Source of the DNA: Fidelibacterota bacterium | GTDB taxonomy: Bacteria; Fidelibacterota; Fidelibacteria; Fidelibacterales; DSDE01 | Direction: 5' to 3' | Length of the DNA: 64,000 nucleotides | Assembly (NCBI GenBank): GCA_046735395.1 | Contig: JBJKQR010000020.1 | Span: forward strand, 1 to 64,000 | Shown here: positions 1 to 9,885 of the stretch, piece after piece | How positions within the stretch are numbered: position 1 is the first letter of the stretch | Layout of the letters: each line of letters opens with the position of its first letter | The notes under the pieces: model-generated | Seen by the model: only the letters and a program-made list of their open reading frames with translations | Databases searched by the model: none | Told to the model about the DNA's origin: nothing | Program-made: the position numbers and the translations under genes

Positions 1-557
1 GCCCCGGCGATGAAGAAGAGCTGAGTATAGCTGAGAAAGGGTTTCAGGACCAGCACGATCAGGATGCCGATGATGCCGGCGAGAGACGAGTAGCTTCTCA
101 CCTGGCCGAGAAAACGCGGAGTATGAGATACGGCCACATGCTGGAGTGTGAGGCTCTGATTCAGGGTTTCGAAGTAATGAAAGCCGGTGCTCATGAGAAA
201 GACGGCCGTCAGAATTCCGAAGAATCCCGGGAAGAATCCGGTCATGAGGACGCCGATCCCCAGAATGGCAAGGGACAGAATGGCCAGAACCTGTTCATTG
301 ATGAGGATGAGGAGAAAAATCACCAGCAGCGAAAGAAAGCCCGGAATTTCCCGGACGGACTGAATGACCCCCATCTGGGCCGCATTGATGCCCCCGATCT
401 CCACGGCAAAATTATTGAACATGCTGCGCCACATCTGAAAGGCCATATAGCTGAGAATCGAGATGAGAATCAGAAAGGACCGGACCTGCGGTTCCGTGTC
501 ATCGGAACTGTCATAGGCGGGAAATAAAAACAGACGGATTTTGTTTAAAAAATGCAT
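1..557 (-). CDS. MFS transporter, 5' part (runs off window edge)
   Basis: Own translation from ATG at 557: MHFLNKIRLF...FNNFAVEIGGINAAQMGVIQSVREIPGFLSLL...MSTGFHYFETLNQSLTLQ. Multiple hydrophobic helices, open to position 1. Confidence 0.75.
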   Translation of the reverse strand, partial: MHFLNKIRLFLFPAYDSSDDTEPQVRSFLILISILSYMAFQMWRSMFNNFAVEIGGINAAQMGVIQSVREIPGFLSLLVIFLLILINEQVLAILSLAILGIGVLMTGFFPGFFGILTAVFLMSTGFHYFETLNQSLTLQHVAVSHTPRFLGQVRSYSSLAGIIGILIVLVLKPFLSYTQLFFIAG

Positions 558-790
558 CGCAGAATTTAGGTAAAGCCGAAATAAATGAACAGGGCAAAAT
601 AGAAAATAAAATGTTTTTCGAAAGACTGGATTCGGCCGGAGCCTGGTTTGATTTTTAACCGGAAAAAACAGATGTGGCGGAGATGAGTTAAAAATGTGAT
701 GAGCCTGCATTCAGACTGATGATACGCTTGCTTATTGTTAGATGTTTAACTAACTTATTCCGCTTTAGTTGCGGGAGCAGAGCGTATACA

Positions 791-2314
791 ATGAATGGAC
801 GCGTATCCATGTTTTCGATGTTTTATGAGCAGGCAAAGCTTCATCCTGATGCCATATGCATCAGTAATCCCGTTTCCGGAGAAAATTTCAGCTTCAGCGA
901 GGCCTTCAACCGGGTTCTGCAGATCTCAACCCTCCTTAGCCGGGAGGGGATTTCGCAGGGAACCCGAGTCGCGCTCATGCTGAACAACAGCAGTGAGTGG
1001 ATCTGTATTTTTCTGGCTCTGTCCCGACTGGAGGCTGTACCGGTTCCCGTGAATACCCAGTACAAGTCTCTGGCTCTCCGGCATATCCTCAGTGACAGCG
1101 GTGCAGCGGCCGTGATTTACGATGCCTGTTTCGCGGAGCCGGTTCTGTCGGCGCTGGAGGTTCTGGAGCAATGCCGGATACGGATTGAACTGGGCGGGAC
1201 GGCCGGATCGGGGTTGGTCCCTGATCCGGATACGGCTCTTTTCGGCGGACCGTTCAATCCGAAGGGGGACGATGAGGCCATTGTCTATTACAGCGCCGGG
1301 ACACTGGGGCCGCCGAAAGGCGCGGTGTACAGCAATCGCCGCTTTCTGAGAAATGTGGTTGCGGTTCAGGAATACCTGAAATGTTCTAATGATGATGCGC
1401 TTTATATCGGATATCCTTTGTATCATTATGTAGCCCAGATCGCCGGAATGGGCGCCATGCTCAGGTCCGGATCACGGATTATTCCCGGGAAAAGTCTCAG
1501 TTCAGAGCCTGATCCGTCTTTACTGAACGGGTGTACGGCGCTTGTTGACCTGCCGGAAACGGTATCCCTGATGAGCCATGAGGATGCGCCTCTTCTGCCA
1601 TCGGACTTGAAATATATCGTGACCGGCGGCTATCCGCTGGACCGGTCGATTCTGAAGGATTATCATGATAAACAGACAGTCCCCGTGTTCCAGGCCTACG
1701 GAATGGTGGAAGCAGGGCCGATTCTGACGTTTAATTCAGATATGCAGAAAGCGGACAGCATCGGGATTCCCGTGGACGGATTCAGTGTGGCGGTTATGGA
1801 GGATGGCAGGATTCTGCAGCCCGGACGAAGTGGAAATATTTCCATCAGCGGGCATCTCATGGTGGAAAGCTGTGTCGGACGGGTTCAGGCAGATGCGGAA
1901 AAGGCCCGGGATGGTTGGTTTTACAGTTCGGACATGGGCTATGGTGATATAGACGGATATTTATATTTTCAGGACCGGAAAATCAACCGGATTTTAGTGA
2001 ATGGTTTTGATGTCTATCCGGAAGAGATAGAAAGCAAGCTGAAGAAAATGGATGGAATTGAGGATGCGGCCGTCATCGGGAATGGAAATTCGGGAGCATT
2101 GGGGCATATTGAGGCCTTCGTCGTCACGGAGCATCCCGGACATCCGGACAGCCGGTCCATTGAGGCTTTTCTTCGGGACAGGCTGCCGCGCTACCAGATG
2201 CCGGGCGAAATTATTCACGTGAATCACCTCCCGAAAAATTTAGCCGGAAAAGTTTCCCGGCAGTCATTACGTAAAAATACCGTCGCCAAAACGGCGGTAA
2301 AATTGGAGGAATAG
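791..2314 (+). CDS. AMP-binding acyl-CoA synthetase (long-chain fatty acid-CoA ligase family)
   Basis: Adenylation motifs YSAGTLGPPKG, YGMVE, SDMG, VYPEEIE, LPKNLAGK. Start uncertain (791 or 809). Confidence 0.8.
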   Translation: MNGRVSMFSMFYEQAKLHPDAICISNPVSGENFSFSEAFNRVLQISTLLSREGISQGTRVALMLNNSSEWICIFLALSRLEAVPVPVNTQYKSLALRHILSDSGAAAVIYDACFAEPVLSALEVLEQCRIRIELGGTAGSGLVPDPDTALFGGPFNPKGDDEAIVYYSAGTLGPPKGAVYSNRRFLRNVVAVQEYLKCSNDDALYIGYPLYHYVAQIAGMGAMLRSGSRIIPGKSLSSEPDPSLLNGCTALVDLPETVSLMSHEDAPLLPSDLKYIVTGGYPLDRSILKDYHDKQTVPVFQAYGMVEAGPILTFNSDMQKADSIGIPVDGFSVAVMEDGRILQPGRSGNISISGHLMVESCVGRVQADAEKARDGWFYSSDMGYGDIDGYLYFQDRKINRILVNGFDVYPEEIESKLKKMDGIEDAAVIGNGNSGALGHIEAFVVTEHPGHPDSRSIEAFLRDRLPRYQMPGEIIHVNHLPKNLAGKVSRQSLRKNTVAKTAVKLEE

Positions 2315-2315
2315 A

Positions 2316-4394
2316 ATGAAAGAGTACAAAACGTCTGAACTCAGAAATGTCGTGCTGATGGGACATTCCGCAAGCGGGAAGACCATTCTGGCCGATGCGA
2401 TGCTGTATGCATCCGGTCAGATTTCCCGTATCGGCACAATTCAGGATGGATCCACAGTTTCCGATTATGCACCAGAAGAGATGGAACGTCAGATCTCCAT
2501 TCGCAGCAGTCTTGTCCATGTAGAATGGAAGGATCATAAGATAAATGTGATTGATACGCCCGGATTTATGGATTTTGCCGGGGAAGTGAAAGGTGCCATG
2601 CACGTCGCCGATGGTGCCGTGATTACTGTGAGCGGTACGGCCGGGATTGAAATCGGTACGGAATTTTCCTGGAATTATGCTCAGGAAAAAGGAATTCCGG
2701 CTTGTATTGTCGTTACCGAGCTGGACAAGGAACACACAAAATTTGAGGATATTACCGCCACCCTGAAGGAGCGCTTCAGCTCTAAAATCATCCCCCTCAC
2801 CTTTCCGGTGAATGAGGGCCCGGCCATGGGATCCGTTGTGGATGTGGTCGCCGGGAAACTTCTTACATTTGACGACAAGGGGAAGGCAAGCGTTGGGGAC
2901 CTGCCTGCCGATCTGAAGGCGAAAGCGGAGGAATTGCGGGAAGCTTTTGTGGAAACCGTCGCCGAGTCCGATGATGAACTGATCGAAAAATTCTTTGATG
3001 AAGGTACGCTGAGCGATGAAGAAATACAGGCCGGTTTCAAGAAGGCGGTTCTGGGCGGGAACCTGTTTCCCGTTTTTGCAGTGGCGTCTCAGAAGATGAT
3101 CGGCGTCTCGCCTCTTCTCGACCTGATTGTAAGCCGCTTCCCCGACCCTTCGGAAGCCGGGGAAATTGAGCTCACAGAGGGCGGAGACAGCAAAATGGTA
3201 AAGGTTGACCCGGCCGGGACCACCAGCCTGCAGATTTTTAAATCGGTTCACGAACATCATATCGGAGATATGAGTTATTTTAAAGTCATGAGCGGAACGC
3301 TGACTGCCGGAACCGACATGAAAAATAACAGCAATGGTGACTCCGAACGGTTCGGAACCCTCTATGTCCTCAATGGAAAGGAACGGAAGGAAGTTCCCTC
3401 CATGGCGGCCGGAGATCTGGGTGCGACGGTGAAACTGAAGAGCACGCATGTGAATAATACCCTGGCCGTCGGAAAGTTTTCCGGCAGCTATAAGGAAATC
3501 AAGTTTCCCGAGCCGGTCATCCGGTCGGCTGTGGAAACCAAATCCAAGGGCGATGATGAAAAGATCGGTGTGGGCCTGGCGCAGGTTGTGGCGGAGGATC
3601 CCACCTTTCATTATGCCATGGATCCGGAACTGAAGCAGACCATTGTGAGCGGCCTGGGTGAAATTCACCTGGAAGTCTCTCTGAAAAAGATCAAGGAACG
3701 CTACAATATTGATATTGACATGATAGAACCCAAAGTCCCCTATCGTGAGACCATCCGCAAATCGGCAACAGCCCGCTACCGTCATAAAAAACAGAGCGGC
3801 GGCGCGGGCCAGTTCGGTGAAGTGGAAATGCGCATTGAACCGAAGCAGCGTGGAGCCGGTGTGGAATTTGTGAGTGAACTGGTGGGCCAGAATGTGGATC
3901 GGGCTTTCGTTCCAAGCATTGAAAAGGGTGTTCGCCAGGCCTGTGATTCGGGCCCTCTTTCCGGGAATCTGGTCATTGATGTGAAGGCTGCCGTATTTGA
4001 CGGGAAGCAGCATCCGGTGGATTCTAAGGATATCGCCTTTCAGATCGCCGGGCGCGGCGCTTTCCGGGATGCCTTCGTGCTGGCGGATCCGGTGCTCCTC
4101 GAACCTATTTATGAAGTGGAAATCACCGTTCCCGAGGATTACATGGGTGACGTCATGGGCGATGTCTCATCGCGTCGGGGCAAGGTGCTCGGAATGGATT
4201 CGGACGGTCATTTCCAGATCATTCGTGCGGAAATTCCCCTGGCAAATCTCTACAAATACAGCACGGTGCTGCGCAGTATTACCCAGGGACGTGCTTTTCA
4301 CAGACGGAAATTTTCCAAATATGAAGTCTGTCCCCGCGATGTGCAGGAGAAGATTGTGGAGGAATACAAGAAACACAGGGAAGAAGGAAACTGA
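2316..4394 (+). CDS. fusA: Elongation factor G paralogue (EF-G2-like)
   Basis: GHSASGKT, DTPGFMDF, GLGEIHLE, VPYRETI, KKQSGGAGQFG, LLEPIYEVEI. Divergent switch I (RQISI) and G4 (TELD). Confidence 0.9.
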   Translation: MKEYKTSELRNVVLMGHSASGKTILADAMLYASGQISRIGTIQDGSTVSDYAPEEMERQISIRSSLVHVEWKDHKINVIDTPGFMDFAGEVKGAMHVADGAVITVSGTAGIEIGTEFSWNYAQEKGIPACIVVTELDKEHTKFEDITATLKERFSSKIIPLTFPVNEGPAMGSVVDVVAGKLLTFDDKGKASVGDLPADLKAKAEELREAFVETVAESDDELIEKFFDEGTLSDEEIQAGFKKAVLGGNLFPVFAVASQKMIGVSPLLDLIVSRFPDPSEAGEIELTEGGDSKMVKVDPAGTTSLQIFKSVHEHHIGDMSYFKVMSGTLTAGTDMKNNSNGDSERFGTLYVLNGKERKEVPSMAAGDLGATVKLKSTHVNNTLAVGKFSGSYKEIKFPEPVIRSAVETKSKGDDEKIGVGLAQVVAEDPTFHYAMDPELKQTIVSGLGEIHLEVSLKKIKERYNIDIDMIEPKVPYRETIRKSATARYRHKKQSGGAGQFGEVEMRIEPKQRGAGVEFVSELVGQNVDRAFVPSIEKGVRQACDSGPLSGNLVIDVKAAVFDGKQHPVDSKDIAFQIAGRGAFRDAFVLADPVLLEPIYEVEITVPEDYMGDVMGDVSSRRGKVLGMDSDGHFQIIRAEIPLANLYKYSTVLRSITQGRAFHRRKFSKYEVCPRDVQEKIVEEYKKHREEGN

Positions 4395-4888
4395 TGCAGG
4401 ATACCCTATGGGCGCCCTGGCGCATGGAATATGTCAAACGTGACAAAAGCAAGGCGGAAGGATGCATCTTCTGTGAAAAATACCATTCCGCGGAGGATGA
4501 GGAAAATCTGGTGCTGTATCGGATGGAACACAGCTTTGTGCTGATGAATCTCTATCCCTACAATAACGGACATCTGCTCATCGCACCTGTGCGACACCAG
4601 AGTGACTATACCGAGCTGACAGCTGTCGAACAGAGTGAAATGGCTCATCTTACCACGCTTTCCGTGCGCATTCTCATGGAGTATCTGCACCCGCAGGGTT
4701 TCAATATCGGAATGAATATCGGAGTGGTCGGCGGTGCCGGTATCGCCGACCATATCCATCAGCATATTGTTCCGCGCTGGACCGGAGATACGAATTTCAT
4801 GCCCGTGATCGGGCATACGAAAGTGATGGTCGAAGGCCTGGCCGAATCCTGGAAAGCCCTTCGGTCTGCTTTCGAAAAACTTGGCTGA
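4394..4888 (+). CDS. HIT family hydrolase (Ap4A hydrolase/phosphorylase-like)
   Basis: LWAPWR, CIFC, NLYPYNNGH, HIHQHIVPRW. Confidence 0.9.
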   Translation: MQDTLWAPWRMEYVKRDKSKAEGCIFCEKYHSAEDEENLVLYRMEHSFVLMNLYPYNNGHLLIAPVRHQSDYTELTAVEQSEMAHLTTLSVRILMEYLHPQGFNIGMNIGVVGGAGIADHIHQHIVPRWTGDTNFMPVIGHTKVMVEGLAESWKALRSAFEKLG

Positions 4889-4931
4889 GAAAAGATTTGT
4901 AACAGGAGAGGAAAAGGCTCTATATTCAACT

Positions 4932-5405
4932 ATGAAGTTAACTGACATTATTCAGGAGAATCTGATTCTGGTTCCTTTGGAGGAACAGACTCAGGAAGCG
5001 GTCGTGAGGGAGATGATCCGCTTTTTGTCATCAAGGAATTATATTGATGATCCGAACCATATTTTTGATATCATCATGGAGCGGGAACGTATCCTGTCGA
5101 CGGGTATCGGAAGCGGTATCGCCATTCCGCACGGCAAGAGTTCCAGCATTCAGGAACCCGTTGTCGCGCTGGGTATCAGTAAAAAGGGAATTGATTATAA
5201 AGCCCTGGATAAAAAGGAAGTCTATCTTGTCTTTCTGCTGCTGACGGCAGATAATGACAAGGGGATGCATATACGCCTGCTGAGCCGGATTTCACGATTG
5301 CTGAACCGCAATGAATGCCGCCTTGCCCTGATGGAGGCGGGCTCTCCGCGGGAAGCTCTGGATATTATCCGTGATGCCGAACAGAAGTGGTTCGAGATTG
5401 ACTGA
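4932..5405 (+). CDS. PTS EIIA domain protein (Ntr/fructose-type)
   Basis: RERILSTGIGSGIAIPH phospho-His motif, HIRLLSRI. Confidence 0.85.
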   Translation: MKLTDIIQENLILVPLEEQTQEAVVREMIRFLSSRNYIDDPNHIFDIIMERERILSTGIGSGIAIPHGKSSSIQEPVVALGISKKGIDYKALDKKEVYLVFLLLTADNDKGMHIRLLSRISRLLNRNECRLALMEAGSPREALDIIRDAEQKWFEID

Positions 5406-5752
5406 TGCAACTGCTTTTTATCGTTTTGAATAATTCAGATTACCTGGATGAAGTTCTGGAAAGTTTTCTTGAACTGGGCATTTCCGGAGCGACGGTTCTG
5501 GACTCTACGGGCATGGGGCAGATCATTTCACGCGATCTGCCGATTTTTGCCGGATTCAAGAATGTATTTTCCGTAGCGGAACCGAGCAACAAAACGATCT
5601 TCACCCTGATCGGGGACCAGGATTTTAATCGGGTTATGGATGCGGTGGAACAGATTACCGGGTCTTTTTCACAGCAGGGAACGGGCATTGCCTTTTCCGT
5701 CCCCGTGGATGGCTGCCGCGGTTTGAATGCAGATTCTGCAGCGGAGTCATGA
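5405..5752 (+). CDS. P-II-like signalling protein
   Basis: GISGATVLDSTGMG and GTGIAFSVPV, 115 aa. Confidence 0.75.
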   Translation: MQLLFIVLNNSDYLDEVLESFLELGISGATVLDSTGMGQIISRDLPIFAGFKNVFSVAEPSNKTIFTLIGDQDFNRVMDAVEQITGSFSQQGTGIAFSVPVDGCRGLNADSAAES

Positions 5753-5813
5753 CTTTTACTGTCTTTTCATAAGCTAAGTTTTTAATTTTAAGTATAACAA
5801 CGCGGGAGGCTTT

Positions 5814-6167
5814 ATGAAATACTGTCCTGTATGTCGTGAAGAATTTGTGGATACGGCCAGCAGATGTCCGGATGATAATGTGGCGCTCGTCGATCATCTC
5901 GAACCGGAATTTCATGAAGATGATGTCCCGAGAAAACTGCTCTACGAATTTACGAATCAGAATCTGGCGGACATGGTTCTGGAAGTGCTGGAGGACAATG
6001 GAATCACGCCCCTTCAGAAAAAGGATATGTTCGGATCGGCGCTTTCTGTTCATGCCTCATCTACGGTGGGAACGAACATCAAGTTCTACGTGGCTGAAAC
6101 GGATTTTGAGAGAGCAAAGGATATAACAAGTGGAATGGTAGATTCCGGGGATGAGAATGATACATAG
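5814..6167 (+). CDS. Small protein with N-terminal Cys knuckle and DUF2007-like domain
   Basis: CPVC...CPDD N-terminus, ADMVLEVLEDNGI...V..DFERA, GGAGG RBS. Confidence 0.6.
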   Translation: MKYCPVCREEFVDTASRCPDDNVALVDHLEPEFHEDDVPRKLLYEFTNQNLADMVLEVLEDNGITPLQKKDMFGSALSVHASSTVGTNIKFYVAETDFERAKDITSGMVDSGDENDT

Positions 6168-7413
6168 TCAAAAAGGCACGCACGATATTCTTCCTGTTGA
6201 AAGCCGCAAATGGCAGAAAGCGGAAAAATTATTAAGAGAGATATTTCAGAGTTACCGCTACGAGGAAATCCGGACACCGATATTTGAGAAGACCACCCTG
6301 TTTGCCCGGGGCATCGGGGAATTCACGGATATTGTATCGAAGGAAATGTACACCTTCACGGATAAAAGCGGGGAGAGCCTGACACTCAGGCCGGAGTATA
6401 CGGCATCGGTGGTGCGGTCCTACATTCAGCACAACTGGGTGCAGCAGGGAAATCTTCACCGCGTCTGGTACATGGGGCCGCTGTTCCGGCAGGAGCGCCC
6501 GCAGAAGGGACGTCAGAGACAGTTTCATCAGTTCGGTGTGGAATGCATCGGCGCAGACGGCGCTCAGGCTGATGCGGAGGTGATTGCGGTCGCCTGGAAA
6601 ATCTATGAAAAGCTGGGACTGAAACAGCTGGAACTGAAGATCAACAGCATCGGCAGTCCGGATGCACGGAAGGCCTATCTGAAAATTCTCAGATCGGCGC
6701 TGGAACCGCATCTGGACAGCTTCTGTCCCGTTTGCAGGGATCGTTTCGACGGAAATACCCTTCGGCTTTTTGACTGCAAAAATGAATCCTGCCGAGAGCT
6801 GATGACCGGCCATGCGCCGCATATCACCGATCATATCAGTGCGGAGGACAAACAGCATTTTGAGGAGCTGAAATCTCTGCTGGATGCGGTTTCCATCCCC
6901 TATACGGTCGATCCCTCTCTGGTTCGGGGTCTGGATTACTATACACGGACGACGTTTGAGATACAGGGCAAGACTCTGGGCGCCCAGGATGCGCTCTGCG
7001 GCGGCGGACGCTATGACAATCTTATTTCCGATCTGGGCGGAAAGCCCACCCCGTCCGTCGGATTCGCGGCCGGAATGGAGCGTCTGATCATTGCGATGGA
7101 AGCGGAAGCGCTTTTTGACGACGAGAGCGAATCCGGCCCGGAACTGTATATCGCGCCCATCGGCGAATCTGCCCTGGCTGAAGGATTCCGGCTGACGACC
7201 CTGCTGCGCGATCACGGTATTGCCGTGGATCTGGAGCTGCTGGGCCGGAGCCCCCGGGCCATGCTCAGGGAGGCGAACCGGAAAAATGCCCACTATTCTC
7301 TTCTGCTGGGGGACGATGAAATACGGAGCGGAAGCTATGTTTTAAAAAATATGCGGGACGGAGCGGATATCAGTACGGACAGAGGCCATATCCTGGATTC
7401 GCTGCGCGGGTAG
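6151..7413 (+). CDS. hisS: Histidine-tRNA ligase
   Basis: LRPEYTA, FRQERPQKGRQRQFHQ, LVRGLDYY, GGGRYD. Confidence 0.97.
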   Translation: MRMIHSQKGTHDILPVESRKWQKAEKLLREIFQSYRYEEIRTPIFEKTTLFARGIGEFTDIVSKEMYTFTDKSGESLTLRPEYTASVVRSYIQHNWVQQGNLHRVWYMGPLFRQERPQKGRQRQFHQFGVECIGADGAQADAEVIAVAWKIYEKLGLKQLELKINSIGSPDARKAYLKILRSALEPHLDSFCPVCRDRFDGNTLRLFDCKNESCRELMTGHAPHITDHISAEDKQHFEELKSLLDAVSIPYTVDPSLVRGLDYYTRTTFEIQGKTLGAQDALCGGGRYDNLISDLGGKPTPSVGFAAGMERLIIAMEAEALFDDESESGPELYIAPIGESALAEGFRLTTLLRDHGIAVDLELLGRSPRAMLREANRKNAHYSLLLGDDEIRSGSYVLKNMRDGADISTDRGHILDSLRG

Positions 7414-7419
7414 CGGGTC

Positions 7420-8346
7420 TTGAAACATAAAGCAAAGTTATATTTCGAATACGGCCTTCTCCGGCTGGTGGGCGGTATTTTTCAGATACTTCCCACATCA
7501 CTGGCGGAATGGGTGGGGCGAAAAGGACTGGGAGCCCTGCTCTGGTATGTCTTTCCCTATCGCTTTTCCGTCGCCTATCATAATCTGGGCGTTGTCTTTC
7601 CGGATATGACCCGCCGCGCCAAGATGAAAATGCTGCACCAGATCTACGAGCATTACGGATGGGTGCTGGCCAGCTATTATGTCATGCCGAGGAAATCCTT
7701 CAAAAAACGCATTCTGAATGCGGATTCATCGGGAACATATGATGAACATTCGCCCCTAACTGAAGGAAAGGGATCGGTGTACTGCGTGTCCCATTTCGGC
7801 CACTGGGAGGCCTTCATCGCCTTTCTGGCGTTGAAAAATTATCCCTTCACCGGCATCTACAAGGTCCAGAAGAATCCTCTGTCGGATGCCTATTTTATCA
7901 ATCATCGGCAGAAATTCGGGCGCCTGGAACACATTTCATCCCAGGCCGGAATGAGAGCCTTTCTGGACGTGCTGCGTGAAAACCGCATGCTGGGAATTGC
8001 CATTGATCAGAATTACCGGAGAAAAGGGATTCCTGTCAGCTTCTTTGGGCGGGAATTTTTTGCTGCCCGGGGTGCAGCCATGTTTGCCCTGAAAAAGAAA
8101 TCACCGGTGGTCGTGGCCGCATTCTATCTGGAAAACGGGAAATTCGTCTATGAAGAGCATCGGATGGATCTGCCCGAATATGATGAGATTACAGACGAAG
8201 CCATCGCGGACATTATGCAGATTCTGATACAGCAAACGGAAGAGATCATTCTGAAACATCCGGAACAGTGGTTATGGTTTCATAAGGTATGGCAGGGGAT
8301 TTATTCGGAAAAGATCCGTCGGACATGGCGCGAATATTTGATATAA
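7420..8346 (+). CDS. LpxL/HtrB-family lipid A/lysophospholipid acyltransferase
   Basis: HFGHWE, IDQ, VSFFG, HPEQWLWFHK. Confidence 0.85.
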   Translation: MKHKAKLYFEYGLLRLVGGIFQILPTSLAEWVGRKGLGALLWYVFPYRFSVAYHNLGVVFPDMTRRAKMKMLHQIYEHYGWVLASYYVMPRKSFKKRILNADSSGTYDEHSPLTEGKGSVYCVSHFGHWEAFIAFLALKNYPFTGIYKVQKNPLSDAYFINHRQKFGRLEHISSQAGMRAFLDVLRENRMLGIAIDQNYRRKGIPVSFFGREFFAARGAAMFALKKKSPVVVAAFYLENGKFVYEEHRMDLPEYDEITDEAIADIMQILIQQTEEIILKHPEQWLWFHKVWQGIYSEKIRRTWREYLI

Positions 8347-8951
8347 AGCGGGAGCCGGACAGGGCGTTTCAGGAAGTCGGAAAACTGCTGGCTTCCGGAG
8401 ATGTTTTCATTTATCCCACCGATACGGTATATGGCCTGGGCTGCGCTGCCGAAAGCGACGCCGGCCTCCGAAAAATTTATGAATTGAAACAGCGTCCGGA
8501 CCTGCTGCCCTTCTCTGTCGCATTTCCTTCCCTGGCCCTGCTGGAGGCCCGTCTCGACCTGCCGCCGGCGGCCCTGAAGCTTGCGCGGATTTTTTTTCCC
8601 GGAGCCCTGACCATCGTCACGGTCTGTGACGGTGATCCGGGCTGGCCGTCCCTGCTGTTCAGCGAAGGACACCGTGTCGGCCTGCGGGTTCCGGATCATC
8701 CCTTCTGTCTCAGTCTCGAAGGGCCGGTGGTCACCACGTCCGTGAATCTGAGCGGACAGCCTCCGCTGCTGCAGGTGGAGGAGATGGCAGAACAGTTCGG
8801 AGAAAAGGTCGCGGCGTATTTCATGGATCCGGATCTGGAACATTCATCGAATGTCAGCGCCTCTACAATTGTGGAGGTGGATAATCGGGGAAAGCTCCGC
8901 TGTCTCCGTGAAGGGGCCTTGCCCTTTCAGACTTTGCTTGAAGCCTTGTAA
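8325..8951 (+). CDS. tsaC: L-threonylcarbamoyladenylate synthase (TsaC/Sua5)
   Basis: PTDTVYGLG, KQR, PGALT, GLRVP, TTSVNLSG, LREGA. Confidence 0.9.
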   Translation: MARIFDIKREPDRAFQEVGKLLASGDVFIYPTDTVYGLGCAAESDAGLRKIYELKQRPDLLPFSVAFPSLALLEARLDLPPAALKLARIFFPGALTIVTVCDGDPGWPSLLFSEGHRVGLRVPDHPFCLSLEGPVVTTSVNLSGQPPLLQVEEMAEQFGEKVAAYFMDPDLEHSSNVSASTIVEVDNRGKLRCLREGALPFQTLLEAL

Positions 8952-8955
8952 ACTA

Positions 8956-9786
8956 TTATTTATATGCTTCGGTGATATGATTGAAATAGGTGTCGTAACC
9001 CGGCATCAGCTTGCGGAAATCAGGAATAAAAAATGTATCCTGAAACGCTTTGCATAAATATTCACAGTCCTGATAATGACTTTCGATGAAAATGCGCGTG
9101 TATTTGTCCTTGTTCTTGAGATAAATATTTTCATCGAGCAGTTTCAGGGCATCTGCGAGTGAATTCCGCGCATCATCGGGCTGGCTGTCCTCCAGGGCCC
9201 AGAAACACTGGTTGAGGAGGAGTCGGGCGCGGCGCAGCCGGAAATTGCTGGTGATTTCGTTGAGGGCCGTCTGTTTGCTGTTCCAGGCGTTGCTGTACTT
9301 GCTGAGCTGAGCCAGCTGTATCATGTCCTGAGCCTGAGAAAAGAGCGTGCTTCCGCCATTGAGCTCGATGCCGTCCAGTTCCGATGCGCAGATGAGATAA
9401 CCGTAGAAATCGATGACCGATCCGATGGGATCATAGATGCCGCTGCGGAAGATGGCTGTCCCTTTTGAAAACGGAAAACGCCAGCCGGTTTCCACATAGC
9501 GCTGGTCTCCTCCGTTCGTGAAAAAGGCCTGACAGCTGTAATTGGTCTCTGCGGAATTTTCATCCACGGATTCGACAAAAAGCTGAATCTTGAAGGGTAT
9601 CTTGAAGTCATAATCGTTGTTGCTGAAACTATTGTCGTAAATGTAGGATTCTATCGTCGTCTTCAGCTCCTGAATGTCCTTCTTTTTACTGCTGTCCATT
9701 CTGTTTGCATCGATGTTAATATCCGGCACGAGCGTCTGAGCTGCGGCCGACACAATGAAAACCATAAGAAGATATATCGTTCTCAT
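8956..9786 (-). CDS. Exported protein, DUF4835-like
   Basis: Signal peptide, IDFYGYLICASELDG..LNGG...F..A segment resembling DUF4835. Confidence 0.55.
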   Translation of the reverse strand: MRTIYLLMVFIVSAAAQTLVPDINIDANRMDSSKKKDIQELKTTIESYIYDNSFSNNDYDFKIPFKIQLFVESVDENSAETNYSCQAFFTNGGDQRYVETGWRFPFSKGTAIFRSGIYDPIGSVIDFYGYLICASELDGIELNGGSTLFSQAQDMIQLAQLSKYSNAWNSKQTALNEITSNFRLRRARLLLNQCFWALEDSQPDDARNSLADALKLLDENIYLKNKDKYTRIFIESHYQDCEYLCKAFQDTFFIPDFRKLMPGYDTYFNHITEAYK

Positions 9787-9885
9787 AACGCTCCTGTTTA
9801 GTGATTATCTGTCATAAATATACGTCAAGAATCATGATTATACAAGGCGGGAGCAAGGAAGCGGTGATTCTGTCAACAGGGCTGA

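Noticed and set aside
123..527. 134-aa plus-strand ORF
   Set aside because: It is antisense to the MFS transporter frame, which has convincing membrane-protein content.
2211..4013. Long antisense ORFs (also 41541-42836, 58883-60322, 31429-32397, 21086-22159, 6232-7293)
   Set aside because: They shadow conserved genes on the opposite strand and carry no recognisable motifs.
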